Assembly (NCBI GenBank): GCA_963662465.1
Contig: OY759599.1
Location: 512,001 to 576,000, forward strand
Source of the DNA: Desulfatiglandales bacterium
GTDB taxonomy: Bacteria; Desulfobacterota; DSM-4660; Desulfatiglandales; Desulfatiglandaceae
Direction of reading: 5' to 3'
Length of the DNA stretch: 64,000 nt
The notes beneath the pieces are model-generated. The model worked only from the letters and a program-made list of their open reading frames with translations, was not told the origin of the DNA and did not search any database. Both the position numbers and the translations under genes were made by a program. Below, piece after piece: positions 30,315-40,212 of this stretch; within the stretch, counting starts at the first letter, position 1; each line of letters starts with the position of its first letter.

Positions 30315-32327
30315 ATGAAAAATTGGAGTTGGTTTATTGCTTTTATAGCGGTTTTGATGTTGGCCCCTCCCGGGGCTGGGCAGGCCGAAGAACCGGAGGA
30401 TAAGGCTGTCCACAGACTGGACGAAGTGGTGGTTACCGCCACCAAATATGAAACATCCACCAAGGATATCCCGTCCAACGTGACGGTGGTTACCGGCGAG
30501 GAGATCCGGGCCCAGTATTTGCCCGACAATGATATCAGCGATGCTCTGCGGAACATATCGGGCCTTACCACCCGCCGGGCCTATGCGCCTTTTCCCGCCT
30601 ACATCAATATTCGGGGCGCGGGGAGTAACGGGACGGTCATTTTAGTGAACAACATTCCCACCAATTGGGAAATTATGCAGGCCATCCCGCCCGAGAACAT
30701 TGAGCGGGTGGAAATTATGAGAGGTCCGGCGTCGGTCCTGTATGGGGCCAATGCCAGCGGCGGTGTGATCAACATCATTACCAAGGAAGGGGGAGAGGGC
30801 ATCAACGGAACCGTGGGCGGTGGTTATGGGACCTTCAACACCTGGCGGGCCCAGGCTACAAGTAATGGAACCGTTGATAAATTTCATTATTCTTTTGCCG
30901 GCTACAAGGACAAATCCGATGGCAGCAACATCGTCAAGAACAATGTTATCCCGAGCGTCACCATGATCGAGGATTGTTCCTACGATAAATGGGCCGCGTC
31001 TTTGACCGCCGCCTACGATGTGAACGAAAAAGGCAAATTATCTTTTCTTTTCAACTATTTTAAAGACGAATACACCCGGGGACGTCCCAATGTGGGGGGT
31101 GACTGGGATCGTTATTTTACCAGCTTGACCTATGATCAGGCATTCGGCGATATGTTATTGTTTAAGGGATATGTGGGGTTTCGCTACGATGATCTGCTGC
31201 ATCGTTACGACAAGGGGAACCAGAATTACGAACTGAAGCAGACCCGGAACACGGATTACCGGGAAATACCCCTGGAACTTCAGATGACGGCCCGTCTGGG
31301 CTGGGGAAACGCATTGACGGGCGGGTTTTTCTGTAATTACCAGGACACGGATCAGGATTACCGCAATCCCGGAGGCGTTTTGATCAACAACAACCGCTAC
31401 AAGGTCAGGACCCTGGCCGGATACCTTCAGGACGTTTGGAAACCCATTGAAAAACTGGCCGTTACGGCAGGCCTTCGCTATGACAACTGGAGAAATTACG
31501 ACAATACCTTTTCCAATTTTGTGGATATTCATCCGGCCGACCGCACCGACGACAACTGGAGTCCCAAAATCGGCGCCAAGTACAATTTTACGGATCGACT
31601 GGGCCTGTGGGCCAACTATGCGGTGGGATTCAATCCCCCGACCCCCGAACAACTCTACGACGACCGGACTTCCGGCGGAAATCCCCGGGAACCCAATCCC
31701 GACCTGAAACCGGAAACCACCCGAAGCTGGGAGCTGGGGGTTGAAAACTGGTTTATGGACAACCTCAGCGCCAAGGTGGTGGGGTTTTTCACCTATACGG
31801 ACGACAAGATTATCTCCTGGTTCGATGACGAGAATATCTGGATCAACAAGAACATCGGTCGAAGTAAATCGTACGGCGTCGAAGTCGATATGTTTTTTCA
31901 GCCTTTCAAAAACTGGCTCGTCAATGCCAACTACACCTGGAACCCGGCGGAAATCGAAAGTAACCCGTCAGATCCCGGCCAGGAAGGAAATGAACTCCCC
32001 TTTTCGCCAAAACACAAGGCGAATTTGAGTGTCACCTATCAGATGCTCCGGAATTTCGAAGTGAGCGGTTTTTTGAGGTACTTAAGCAAGCAGCAGACCA
32101 ATGACGACAATACCGAATACACCTCTTCCGGTGAAGCGAAATACATGCCGTCCTCATTTGTGGTGGATTTCAAGGGGGTCAAGCATTTTCCCGTGCAAGA
32201 TGGCGTTCTCAAAAATATTGACCTGGCGTTGAGTGTGGACAACATCTTTAATGCTAACTACCGGGCCTTTTACATTTATGAAGACCCGGGACGGACCTTT
32301 TTCGGGGAGGTAAAGTTTTTCTTTTAA
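30315..32327 (+). CDS. TonB-dependent outer membrane receptor
   Basis: Signal peptide, TonB box DEVVVTAT, plug motif ERVEIMRGPASVLYG..GGVINIITK, NPDLKPE and C-terminal Phe. Confidence 0.95.
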   Translation: MKNWSWFIAFIAVLMLAPPGAGQAEEPEDKAVHRLDEVVVTATKYETSTKDIPSNVTVVTGEEIRAQYLPDNDISDALRNISGLTTRRAYAPFPAYINIRGAGSNGTVILVNNIPTNWEIMQAIPPENIERVEIMRGPASVLYGANASGGVINIITKEGGEGINGTVGGGYGTFNTWRAQATSNGTVDKFHYSFAGYKDKSDGSNIVKNNVIPSVTMIEDCSYDKWAASLTAAYDVNEKGKLSFLFNYFKDEYTRGRPNVGGDWDRYFTSLTYDQAFGDMLLFKGYVGFRYDDLLHRYDKGNQNYELKQTRNTDYREIPLELQMTARLGWGNALTGGFFCNYQDTDQDYRNPGGVLINNNRYKVRTLAGYLQDVWKPIEKLAVTAGLRYDNWRNYDNTFSNFVDIHPADRTDDNWSPKIGAKYNFTDRLGLWANYAVGFNPPTPEQLYDDRTSGGNPREPNPDLKPETTRSWELGVENWFMDNLSAKVVGFFTYTDDKIISWFDDENIWINKNIGRSKSYGVEVDMFFQPFKNWLVNANYTWNPAEIESNPSDPGQEGNELPFSPKHKANLSVTYQMLRNFEVSGFLRYLSKQQTNDDNTEYTSSGEAKYMPSSFVVDFKGVKHFPVQDGVLKNIDLALSVDNIFNANYRAFYIYEDPGRTFFGEVKFFF

Positions 32328-32335
32328 CGGGAACC

Positions 32336-34003
32336 ATGGGATTTTCTTTTCATCATAACGCCTCATCCAGGGCTTATGGCCTCGGATGGGGTCTCCTGCT
32401 GATGGCCTGTCTTTTGTTGGGCCTCGGGTGTTCAAGGGAGGAGGCGCCGGCAAGGGCCGACTTTTCCGAGCCGGTTCTTCGTATTGGGACCACCATGGTC
32501 GTCAAACAGGCCAACCCGGTGGCCGACTATTATTACAACATTCTGGCCATGGTCATGACCCACGATTCCCTGGTGCGTTTCGATGAAAACCTGAATCCCG
32601 TTCCCCAACTGGCCGTCAAGTTCGGTTCCGATGAGAAGGCGCGGGTTTGGACATTTGATCTGAACCCTCGCGCCAGGTGGCATGACGGGAAACCGGTGAT
32701 GCCCGATGATGTGAAGTTCACCTTTGAATATCTTGCTAAAAACCATGTTTCGGGGGGCTGGGTAGGCAGGATCATCGATAAAATTGAAACCCGGGACCAC
32801 CAGGTCATCTTTCATTTGAAACAACCCTACAGTCGATTTCTAATCAATGCGGGGTTCGTGGTGCGCATCCTGCCGCGCCATATCTGGGAGGGGATCTCCG
32901 ATCCCCATGAGACTCGCGCCGCGGGGGTTGCCATGGGGTGTGGTCCTTACCGATTGGATGCGTTTGATCGAAGCGCCGGAACCCTTCGGTTTAGTGTCAA
33001 TCGCGACTATTACGGCCCTTGTCCCCAAACAACCCATGTGAATTTTCGTACCTATGGCACTATGGATCTTCTGGCCCTGGCGCTGATCAAGGGGGAGGTG
33101 GATCTTCAGTATCAATATGCCGCGGGGATGCCGGTGCCCTATGTGGAAAAACTTGACGCACAACCCCATTTGGCTTCCATGGCGACAGGGTCCATGGGGA
33201 TTCCGGCGGTATTGGGATTTAATCTTGAAAGCCCCCGGGTGGCGGTCCCGGCCGTACGACGGGCCGTAGCCCTGGCCATGGACTATTCACAGATAAACGC
33301 CTGCCTCATGAAAGGGAAGGGGATGATCCCCTCCCCGGGAATGGTGCCTTCGCCTTTTCCGTTTCAGGTGAATATGACCCCCTGGAAACAGGATCTTGAG
33401 CAAAGTCGGCGCCTTCTGGCATCTGAAGGGTGGATGGATCGGGATGGCGATGGGATACTGGAAACGACCGGAAAGGTTCCCGGGGTCCTGACCCTTCTGG
33501 TTCGGTCCGATCTCTGGGGGGAAAATCAGATGGTGAAGCTGCTGGCCCGGGATCTGGGGAAGATCGGTCTGGGACTCAAGGTTCGATCGGCGGATCTGTC
33601 CACCTATCTCGCTTTTTTGAAGGAGGGCGCCTATGACCTGGTGTTGTTTCGCACCACCCCATGGGGGATGATGATGAATGCCGGGTACGGGACGGGATAC
33701 TTTGACGCCGGGACAACGGGGAGTCTCAACATGTGCCGTGTTAAAGACGAGGCCTTTTTCAATCTGTGCAACGGGATTTTGGAAAACACCGATCCGGACC
33801 GCCTCAAAACCCTCTACGCGGAGGTGCAGCGTTATTACGCAAAACACCTGCCCGCCGTAGCCCTCTGTTGGGGCCGAAGCTTTTTTTGCTATAACACGGC
33901 CTGGCAGGGTTTTCACATCAATCAGCTGGAGGGGGGGTTGGCCAACCGGTTTTCCTGGGAGACCCTGGCGTACTCCCAGCCGGAAAGGGCCGCGGTCCAA
34001 TAG
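32336..34003 (+). CDS. ABC transporter substrate-binding lipoprotein, family 5 (Opp/Dpp/Nik)
   Basis: Lipobox LGLGC, WHDGKPV..DDVKFT and GCGPY. Confidence 0.9.
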   Translation: MGFSFHHNASSRAYGLGWGLLLMACLLLGLGCSREEAPARADFSEPVLRIGTTMVVKQANPVADYYYNILAMVMTHDSLVRFDENLNPVPQLAVKFGSDEKARVWTFDLNPRARWHDGKPVMPDDVKFTFEYLAKNHVSGGWVGRIIDKIETRDHQVIFHLKQPYSRFLINAGFVVRILPRHIWEGISDPHETRAAGVAMGCGPYRLDAFDRSAGTLRFSVNRDYYGPCPQTTHVNFRTYGTMDLLALALIKGEVDLQYQYAAGMPVPYVEKLDAQPHLASMATGSMGIPAVLGFNLESPRVAVPAVRRAVALAMDYSQINACLMKGKGMIPSPGMVPSPFPFQVNMTPWKQDLEQSRRLLASEGWMDRDGDGILETTGKVPGVLTLLVRSDLWGENQMVKLLARDLGKIGLGLKVRSADLSTYLAFLKEGAYDLVLFRTTPWGMMMNAGYGTGYFDAGTTGSLNMCRVKDEAFFNLCNGILENTDPDRLKTLYAEVQRYYAKHLPAVALCWGRSFFCYNTAWQGFHINQLEGGLANRFSWETLAYSQPERAAVQ

Positions 34004-34006
34004 CCA

Positions 34007-34993
34007 ATGGCGTTTTTGCGGGGCAAGATTTGGCGCTATGGGCTCGCTGTTTTTTTTGTGCTGGGGTTGAATTTTTTCATTGTTCAGCTTCTGCCGGGGG
34101 ATCCCCTGGTCCACCTGGTGGGCGAGGAAACCTATTTTCACCTTCAGGGGACCGATCCCCAGGCGATTGTGGAATTGAGAGCCAGATATGGATTGGACCA
34201 ACCCCTTTATCAGCGCTTTCTCTCATCCATGGCCCATATGGCCCAATTCCGCCTGGGCTGGTCCCATCACTACGGTCAATCCGTGGCGCAAGTTATTTTA
34301 TACCGGCTCAAATGGACCCTGGTGCTTTTATGTCCGGCCTTTGGTTTGTCCGCGGTTCTGGGACTTTTTCTGGGATGCCTTGCGGGACGACCCGGTACAA
34401 ATATTGCCGACCGGATGATGACGCCCCTGTTCCTGACGGTCTATGCGGTTCCCGCCTATTGCCTGGCCTTTCTGCTCCTGCTGGCGTTTGCGCATCTGGG
34501 GAGTTTTTTGCCTTTGGGAGGCATGCGGGAATCGGTCAGTGGGCGCGGTGTTTCACCGTGGGATGTCTGGCGGCATATGGTCCTTCCCCAGACGGTTCTG
34601 GTGCTTCATGCCACCGCCTATCTTTATATGATCATGCGAAGCACGGTTCGGCAAACCTTCAGGGAAGATTATGTGATCACTGCCCTGTCTAAGGGGTTGA
34701 CGCGGAGAAGGGTGCTGTTGCGCCATGTGCTTCTAAACGCACTTCCGTCTTATGCTGCGGCCGTGGCGATTAATTTCGGCTTTATCGCGGGGGGGGCGCT
34801 CCTGGTGGAGGTGGTGTTCTCCTGGCAGGGGATGGGGTCTCTCATGTATGAGGCCGTCATGTCGCGGGATTACCCGATCCTCTCGGGTTGCTTCCTGATT
34901 TTGTCCCTTGCGGTGATCGGCGCCAACATGATGGCGGATATTTTCTGTATGTTCATTGATCCCAGATTAAGAGATGACCCGGCGACCCTTTAA
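34007..34993 (+). CDS. ABC permease (OppB/NikB-like)
   Basis: LPGDP, YGLDQPL, EDYVITALSKGL, VEVVFSWQG and RDYP. Confidence 0.92.
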   Translation: MAFLRGKIWRYGLAVFFVLGLNFFIVQLLPGDPLVHLVGEETYFHLQGTDPQAIVELRARYGLDQPLYQRFLSSMAHMAQFRLGWSHHYGQSVAQVILYRLKWTLVLLCPAFGLSAVLGLFLGCLAGRPGTNIADRMMTPLFLTVYAVPAYCLAFLLLLAFAHLGSFLPLGGMRESVSGRGVSPWDVWRHMVLPQTVLVLHATAYLYMIMRSTVRQTFREDYVITALSKGLTRRRVLLRHVLLNALPSYAAAVAINFGFIAGGALLVEVVFSWQGMGSLMYEAVMSRDYPILSGCFLILSLAVIGANMMADIFCMFIDPRLRDDPATL

Positions 34994-36770
34994 ACGTATC
35001 GCAAAAATGGCGCCGGTCGCAATCCTGTCGGGGTTGCTCCTGGCGGCCGTCTTTCCCGGTTTCCTGGCGCCCGTTTCACCCGGAATTCTGGATTTACCCT
35101 ACATGGCGCCCGATTCCCGGCACCTTCTGGGGACGGACAATATCGGGCAGGATCTGCTGAGCGAACTCATCCATTCGGCGCGCATCAGCCTGACCGTGGC
35201 ATTCCTGGCGTCTTTTCTGGCCACTTTCCTGGGGACCCTTGTGGGGACGGTATCCGGTTATTTCGGAGGGGCGTGGGATGAGTGGCTCATGCGCATTACC
35301 GACGTGTTTTTGCTGGTGCCGAGTTTGCCCCTCATCATTCTTCTGGCCGCTTATATGGATTCAGGTCTGGTTGGCATCGGTCTGGTCATCGGCATGACGG
35401 CCTGGCCCGGTACGGCCCGGGTGGTCAGGGCCAACGTTCAACAGGAACGCGGGAAAAACTATGTTCGAAACGCTCAAGCCATTGGGGCCGGGCATTTTTA
35501 CGTGATGGCGGTCCACATTTTGCCCGGTATTTTTGAGGTGGTTCTGGCCAAGGGAACCCTGGCTGCGGCCTCGGCCATGGTGGCGGAAGCCGGGGTGAGT
35601 TTTCTGGGATTGGGGGATCCCGGCTTTAAGAGCTGGGGGGCCATGCTGCACGAGGCATTTACCGGGGGTGGTCTGTTAAACGGTGCTTACGGGTGGTATT
35701 TGCCCCCCATTTTCTGCATTTCCATGACGGTGTTGTGCCTGACCCTGGTGGGACAACGATGGATTGAAGTTGAAGATGAAAATTCGGGTATGGTGGGCGC
35801 TTTGGGACATGCTCCCTTAAGTCCCTTGAAGCATGAGGCGGGGGATGAACTTCGGGTGAAGAACCTGTCCGTCGATTTCCTTGGCTCGGACGGGAGTGTT
35901 TCCCGTGCCCTTGATCAGGTGACGCTGACTGTGGATCAGGGGGATCATCTCGCCGTCGTGGGTGAAACGGGGAGTGGTAAAAGCGTGCTGTTGCTGGCAC
36001 TCATGGGTCTTCTGCCGCATAATGTTGCGGTAATGGGGAAGATTGGGTTTAAAGGTCTGAACCTTTGCGCACTTTCGGAAAATGGGTTTCAAAAGCTTCG
36101 AGGACGGCATCTGGCCTATGTTCCCCAGGGGGCCGGGCAGGCCTTGAATCCTTTGATGCGGGTGGGGCTCCAGGTGGCGGAGCCGGCCCGGATACATCAA
36201 GGACTGTCCAGGGCCGAGGCCATGGAAAAGGCGGTTAAAATCCTAAAACGGTTGGGGATTCCCCAGGTTCGGCGGCGCAGTCGGGAGTATCCCCATCAGT
36301 ATAGCGGGGGGATGGTTCAACGGGCTTTGGTGGCCATGGGGCTGGTGTCAGGGGCTTCCCTGATACTCCTGGACGAACCCACCAAAGGACTGGATCCCGA
36401 AAACAGGGACATGATGCTTCATATCTTAGAACAGCTTAATCCAAAGACCTTCGTGCTGGTGACCCATGATCTGGTATTTGCCCAAGGGTTTGCCGACAGG
36501 ATAGTGGTGATGCTCAATTCTCGAATGGTTGAAACGGGACCTGCAAAGGACTTTTTTCATAGACCCCTTCATCCCTATTCCGAAGCCCTGCTCAAGGCTC
36601 AGCCCCGGTATGGCCTTGAGGTTGGGCGTCATTTCAATGCACGGTTTTTTCACCCGTCGGGTTGTCCCTTTGGCGCCCGTTGCCCCAGGGCTTTTGAAAA
36701 ATGTCGGCGTATGCCGCCGCCAACGGATGTGGGGGAGCGATTTGTGAGGTGCTGGCATTATGGTGCTTAG
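34974..36770 (+). CDS. Fused ABC permease (OppC-like) + ATPase (OppD-like)
   Basis: HLLGTDNIGQD and SFLGLG permease part, followed by GETGSGKS, YSGGM, LLDEPT, HPY and GCPF..RCP. Confidence 0.88.
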   Translation: MTRRPFKRIAKMAPVAILSGLLLAAVFPGFLAPVSPGILDLPYMAPDSRHLLGTDNIGQDLLSELIHSARISLTVAFLASFLATFLGTLVGTVSGYFGGAWDEWLMRITDVFLLVPSLPLIILLAAYMDSGLVGIGLVIGMTAWPGTARVVRANVQQERGKNYVRNAQAIGAGHFYVMAVHILPGIFEVVLAKGTLAAASAMVAEAGVSFLGLGDPGFKSWGAMLHEAFTGGGLLNGAYGWYLPPIFCISMTVLCLTLVGQRWIEVEDENSGMVGALGHAPLSPLKHEAGDELRVKNLSVDFLGSDGSVSRALDQVTLTVDQGDHLAVVGETGSGKSVLLLALMGLLPHNVAVMGKIGFKGLNLCALSENGFQKLRGRHLAYVPQGAGQALNPLMRVGLQVAEPARIHQGLSRAEAMEKAVKILKRLGIPQVRRRSREYPHQYSGGMVQRALVAMGLVSGASLILLDEPTKGLDPENRDMMLHILEQLNPKTFVLVTHDLVFAQGFADRIVVMLNSRMVETGPAKDFFHRPLHPYSEALLKAQPRYGLEVGRHFNARFFHPSGCPFGARCPRAFEKCRRMPPPTDVGERFVRCWHYGA

Positions 36771-37446
36771 CACTCAGGACCTGTATAAGGGATTTACCGG
36801 CGGGCGACGGAGAAAAAACAGAACCGCCGTGTTGGAGGGGGTCGGGTTGTCCCTGAACCGGGGGGAAACCGTGGGGATTGTGGGGGGAAGCGGTGCGGGT
36901 AAGACCACTCTGGCCCTTATCCTGTGCGGCCTGCTGCGACCGGACCGGGGGGAGGTGTGGTTCAGGGGGGCGAAGGTTGGGCCTCGATCCAAAGGCAGCC
37001 TTCACCGTTTCGTGCAGATGGTATGGCAGCATCCGGAAACCGCCTTCAACCCCCGATGGAAGCTGATGCGAAGTTTAAAAGAACCGCTGGTGATACATCA
37101 TTTGCCCGTGACGCCCGGGCTTCTGGAATCGCGGTTGGATCAGGTGGATCTGGATCCGGAGGTGCTGGATCGGCGGCCCCGGCAGCTGAGCGGTGGGGAA
37201 TTGCAGCGCCTGGCCCTGGCCCGAGCCCTGATTTTGGATCCGGATGTCATCATCTTGGACGAACCCACCAGCATGCTGGACGCCCTGACCCAGGCTCAGG
37301 TCATAGGTATGCTTCGGGACATTCAACGCAAAACCGGCGTCGCTTATTTGTTGATCAGTCACGACAGGGAGTTGGTGCGGATCTTCAGCCATCGCGCCTA
37401 TGGGCTTGGGCGTGGAAAACTCAAATCTTTGGAAACGTCAGGGTAG
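36760..37446 (+). CDS. ABC ATPase (OppF/NikE-like)
   Basis: GGSGAGKT, LSGGELQR and ILDEPT. Confidence 0.92.
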   Translation: MVLSTQDLYKGFTGGRRRKNRTAVLEGVGLSLNRGETVGIVGGSGAGKTTLALILCGLLRPDRGEVWFRGAKVGPRSKGSLHRFVQMVWQHPETAFNPRWKLMRSLKEPLVIHHLPVTPGLLESRLDQVDLDPEVLDRRPRQLSGGELQRLALARALILDPDVIILDEPTSMLDALTQAQVIGMLRDIQRKTGVAYLLISHDRELVRIFSHRAYGLGRGKLKSLETSG

Positions 37447-37451
37447 GCACT

Positions 37452-38303
37452 ATGTCCATGAATGGGGGTAATGATTCGTTGTCTCGACAATTGGGATGTT
37501 CTGAATCGGGGGTCTGGGCAAAGAGATGGGGTCGTCAAATGGTCCTTTGGCGCCGGGAACGCATGGGGAAACGGGAAAACGTCAATTCCAGAGGGTTCTG
37601 GGACGGCTTTGATCTGTGGGAGGCCTATGAATCCTACACCGGCTATCCGGGTGAACTGATGGCGCCCATTTTAGGGCGCATCGATGGGCACACAACGGTC
37701 CTGGATGTGGGTGCGGGGAGCGGCGGCCTGGCCCTGCCCATGGCCCTGGCGGCAGATCGGGTTACGGCGGTTGAACCGTCTTCGGCCCAATGCAAACGGC
37801 TGCGGCGAAAGGCCCTTGCATTGGACCTCAATAACCTGGTTGTGGTGGAAAAGGCCTGGGAGGAAGTGGGCATGGAAGGGGTGGCGTCCCATGATATTGT
37901 GACCGCGGGCTACGCTCTGTTTATGGATGACATTCAGGGGGCGCTTTTGAAAATGCACCGTATGGCCCGCAAAAAAATCTTCCTGGTACATTTGGCGCAC
38001 CACGATCTGCAAGAGGCCATGGCCGGAATCCTGGATCGCCGAATTTCCTTCCCCGACCAAAACATGCTCTTCAATGTGCTGAAAGAATTGGGGTGGGAAG
38101 TCCGGTCCCGAATTTTTACCCGGAATTTCCAATTGCCTCTGGAACTTCAAATGAATATGTTCCGGTATTCCCAGGGGTTTGATGACCGGGAGGTGAGGAG
38201 CATGGAAGATTATCTTCAAAAGGCGGGCCGGGTTTTTATGCGGCGGGAGGAGGCCTGGGTGCGTCGTCGATATGGCGATGCGCTCATATGTGTTTCCAAA
38301 TGA
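37452..38303 (+). CDS. Class I SAM-dependent methyltransferase (start uncertain)
   Basis: VLDVGAGSG and VTAVEPS; last gene of the transport operon. Confidence 0.85.
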   Translation: MSMNGGNDSLSRQLGCSESGVWAKRWGRQMVLWRRERMGKRENVNSRGFWDGFDLWEAYESYTGYPGELMAPILGRIDGHTTVLDVGAGSGGLALPMALAADRVTAVEPSSAQCKRLRRKALALDLNNLVVVEKAWEEVGMEGVASHDIVTAGYALFMDDIQGALLKMHRMARKKIFLVHLAHHDLQEAMAGILDRRISFPDQNMLFNVLKELGWEVRSRIFTRNFQLPLELQMNMFRYSQGFDDREVRSMEDYLQKAGRVFMRREEAWVRRRYGDALICVSK

Positions 38304-38334
38304 CCTCTTTTCCCACCTGATCCCATCCCACGTT

Positions 38335-39843
38335 TTAGCCTTTGTTTTCAAGGCTTTCGGCGGGTAGGTAAATGTCTACGGTGGTGCCGACACTTATCTG
38401 AGAATTGATTTCCATATTCCCGTCGTGCTTTCGGACAATGGCGGATGCCGTTGCAAGCCCAAGCCCCATTCCTTTTTGTACGCCCATTTCTTTGGTGGAG
38501 AAATAGGGGTCGAATATCTTGGACATATCTTCTTCAGAAATGCCGACACCCTGGTCCTGAATGGAAATCTTCACATAATCGCCGTTTCTCAGTGGAAGCC
38601 CTGAAGGCTTGTTTTCCGTATGGCTGGGAAAGTTTGTGGCTGCCAGGGTAATGATTCCGCCTTCGGGCATGGATTCCACGGCGTTTGAGATCACATTTTT
38701 AAAAAGCGAACCGATTTGTCCGGCATCATATGAGATCGGTCGGAGGTTTTCGGAAATGGTGATGTGGAATCGAATGTGGGGTCCGGTCGTTATGCTGTTT
38801 GCGATGTTGTGCAATAAGGTTTTCAGGGCGCCGGTTTTTTTGATGGGCATCCCGCCCCGGGAAAGGGCCATGAGTTCATGGGTCAGGTCTTTGGCTTTAA
38901 GGGACGCTGTTTCGATGCGGCTCAAAAACTGGACCATGTCATCGCCCGGTTTTGTAACCGTTTCGATCATGGACAGGTTGCCCAGAATGATGGCCAGCAG
39001 GTTGTTGTAATCATGAGCGATGCCGCCGGTCAGGGTGGCGATGGCCTCCATTTTTCGGGTTTGCTGGAGTTGTGCTTCAAGTCTTTTTTTCTCCCTTTGG
39101 CTTTCGATGCGTTGTGTTATGTCCCGTCCGATGCCGTTGATATAGGGTTCGCCGGTTTCCGATAGTACCAGTTTACTTTCGTACTCGATGTAGAACCGGG
39201 TTCCGTCTTTTCGGCATGAGGTTAGCATGCCGGAATAATATTTCTGTTTTTTCAGGTTCTCAAGATATTCGCTTTCAAATAAAGATCTTGATTCCGGCGG
39301 CATGAAATCGGCGGCGCTTCGTCCGATGATTTCTTCTTTTTGATATCCGTAGGTTTTTTCGAGGGAAGGGTTTATGGAGATGAATCGTCCTTCGAGATCC
39401 TGGGTATAAATCAGGTCATTGGTGGATTCAAACAGGTCCCTGAAACGTTGTTCCGATTGGCGAAGGGCCGTTTCCATTTTCCTTTTGTGAAGGGCGATTT
39501 CCACAAAAGCCCGTACTTCCTCCTCTTCAACGGGTTTCATGACATAACCGAAAGGTTCAATCCGTTTCGCTCTTTCGACCAGTTCCGGGTCACCCATGCC
39601 GGTCAGGAAGACAACGGCCACATTGGAAGTTTTCTTGATTTCTTCGGCGGCCTTGATGCCGTCGATGGGCCCCGGCATCAAGATATCCATAAGGATGAGA
39701 TCGGGTTTGAGTCGACCGGCCATCTCTATGGCTTCTTGTCCGGTTTCGGCGGCGCCCACCACATTGTAATGAAGGGATGAAAGATACTCGCAAAGCAACA
39801 TCTGCATGGTCAGATCGTCATCGACAACCATTATTTTCGGCAT
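38335..39843 (-). CDS. Hybrid sensor kinase REC-PAS-HisKA-HATPase
   Basis: VVDDD, LMDI, PAS, GGIAHDYNN, DQGVG, PYFSTK and GMGLGL. Confidence 0.92.
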   Translation of the reverse strand: MPKIMVVDDDLTMQMLLCEYLSSLHYNVVGAAETGQEAIEMAGRLKPDLILMDILMPGPIDGIKAAEEIKKTSNVAVVFLTGMGDPELVERAKRIEPFGYVMKPVEEEEVRAFVEIALHKRKMETALRQSEQRFRDLFESTNDLIYTQDLEGRFISINPSLEKTYGYQKEEIIGRSAADFMPPESRSLFESEYLENLKKQKYYSGMLTSCRKDGTRFYIEYESKLVLSETGEPYINGIGRDITQRIESQREKKRLEAQLQQTRKMEAIATLTGGIAHDYNNLLAIILGNLSMIETVTKPGDDMVQFLSRIETASLKAKDLTHELMALSRGGMPIKKTGALKTLLHNIANSITTGPHIRFHITISENLRPISYDAGQIGSLFKNVISNAVESMPEGGIITLAATNFPSHTENKPSGLPLRNGDYVKISIQDQGVGISEEDMSKIFDPYFSTKEMGVQKGMGLGLATASAIVRKHDGNMEINSQISVGTTVDIYLPAESLENKG

Positions 39844-40025
39844 ATGCGATTCCACTTTTTATGTACCCCCTTAAAACTGTGGATAAAGCTTAATATCTAT
39901 CCTTATAAAACCTGCAAAATTTACAGTATCCCCGGAAGTATGTCAAATGGAAAAAGGAAAAGTAGTTAATTTTTATTGCTTGACTTTATCGTGCCCGGGG
40001 AATTGCCATATAGTCTTTTCCTTAA

Positions 40026-40095
40026 AATCCTTGATGGCGTGAGCTCCACCGCGGCAAAGGGCGAACTGATCTGTATTCTGGGATGCAGCGGTTGC
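40026..40095 (+). pseudogene. Short ABC ATPase N-terminal remnant
   Basis: Reads ILDGVSSTAAKGELICILGCSGC, breaking off inside Walker A. Confidence 0.45.
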
Positions 40096-40133
40096 TTACT
40101 CTGATTTTGACTTGACACATTATGTCGAATCCC

Positions 40134-40191
40134 CTACGGTTTATTCTTAAATTGCGCCTTGAATGGCTACGGTTTATTCTTAAATTGCGCC
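40134..40191. repeat. 25-bp perfect direct repeat x2 (33-nt period)
   Basis: CTACGGTTTATTCTTAAATTGCGCC at 40134-40158 and 40167-40191. Confidence 0.9.
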
Positions 40192-40212
40192 AGCCTTGAA
40201 AGGACCGTTGAT

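Noticed and set aside
36924..37451. N-terminal extension of the methyltransferase ORF
   Set aside because: Shadow frame over the ABC ATPase gene with low-complexity translation.
39878..39886. Perfect DnaA box (TGTGGATAA); a variant near 50570
   Set aside because: Isolated boxes without a cluster or dnaA/dnaN context; not an origin.
40134..40191. Possible mini-CRISPR (25-nt repeat x2)
   Set aside because: Only two copies with an 8-nt gap, far too short for a spacer, and no cas genes.
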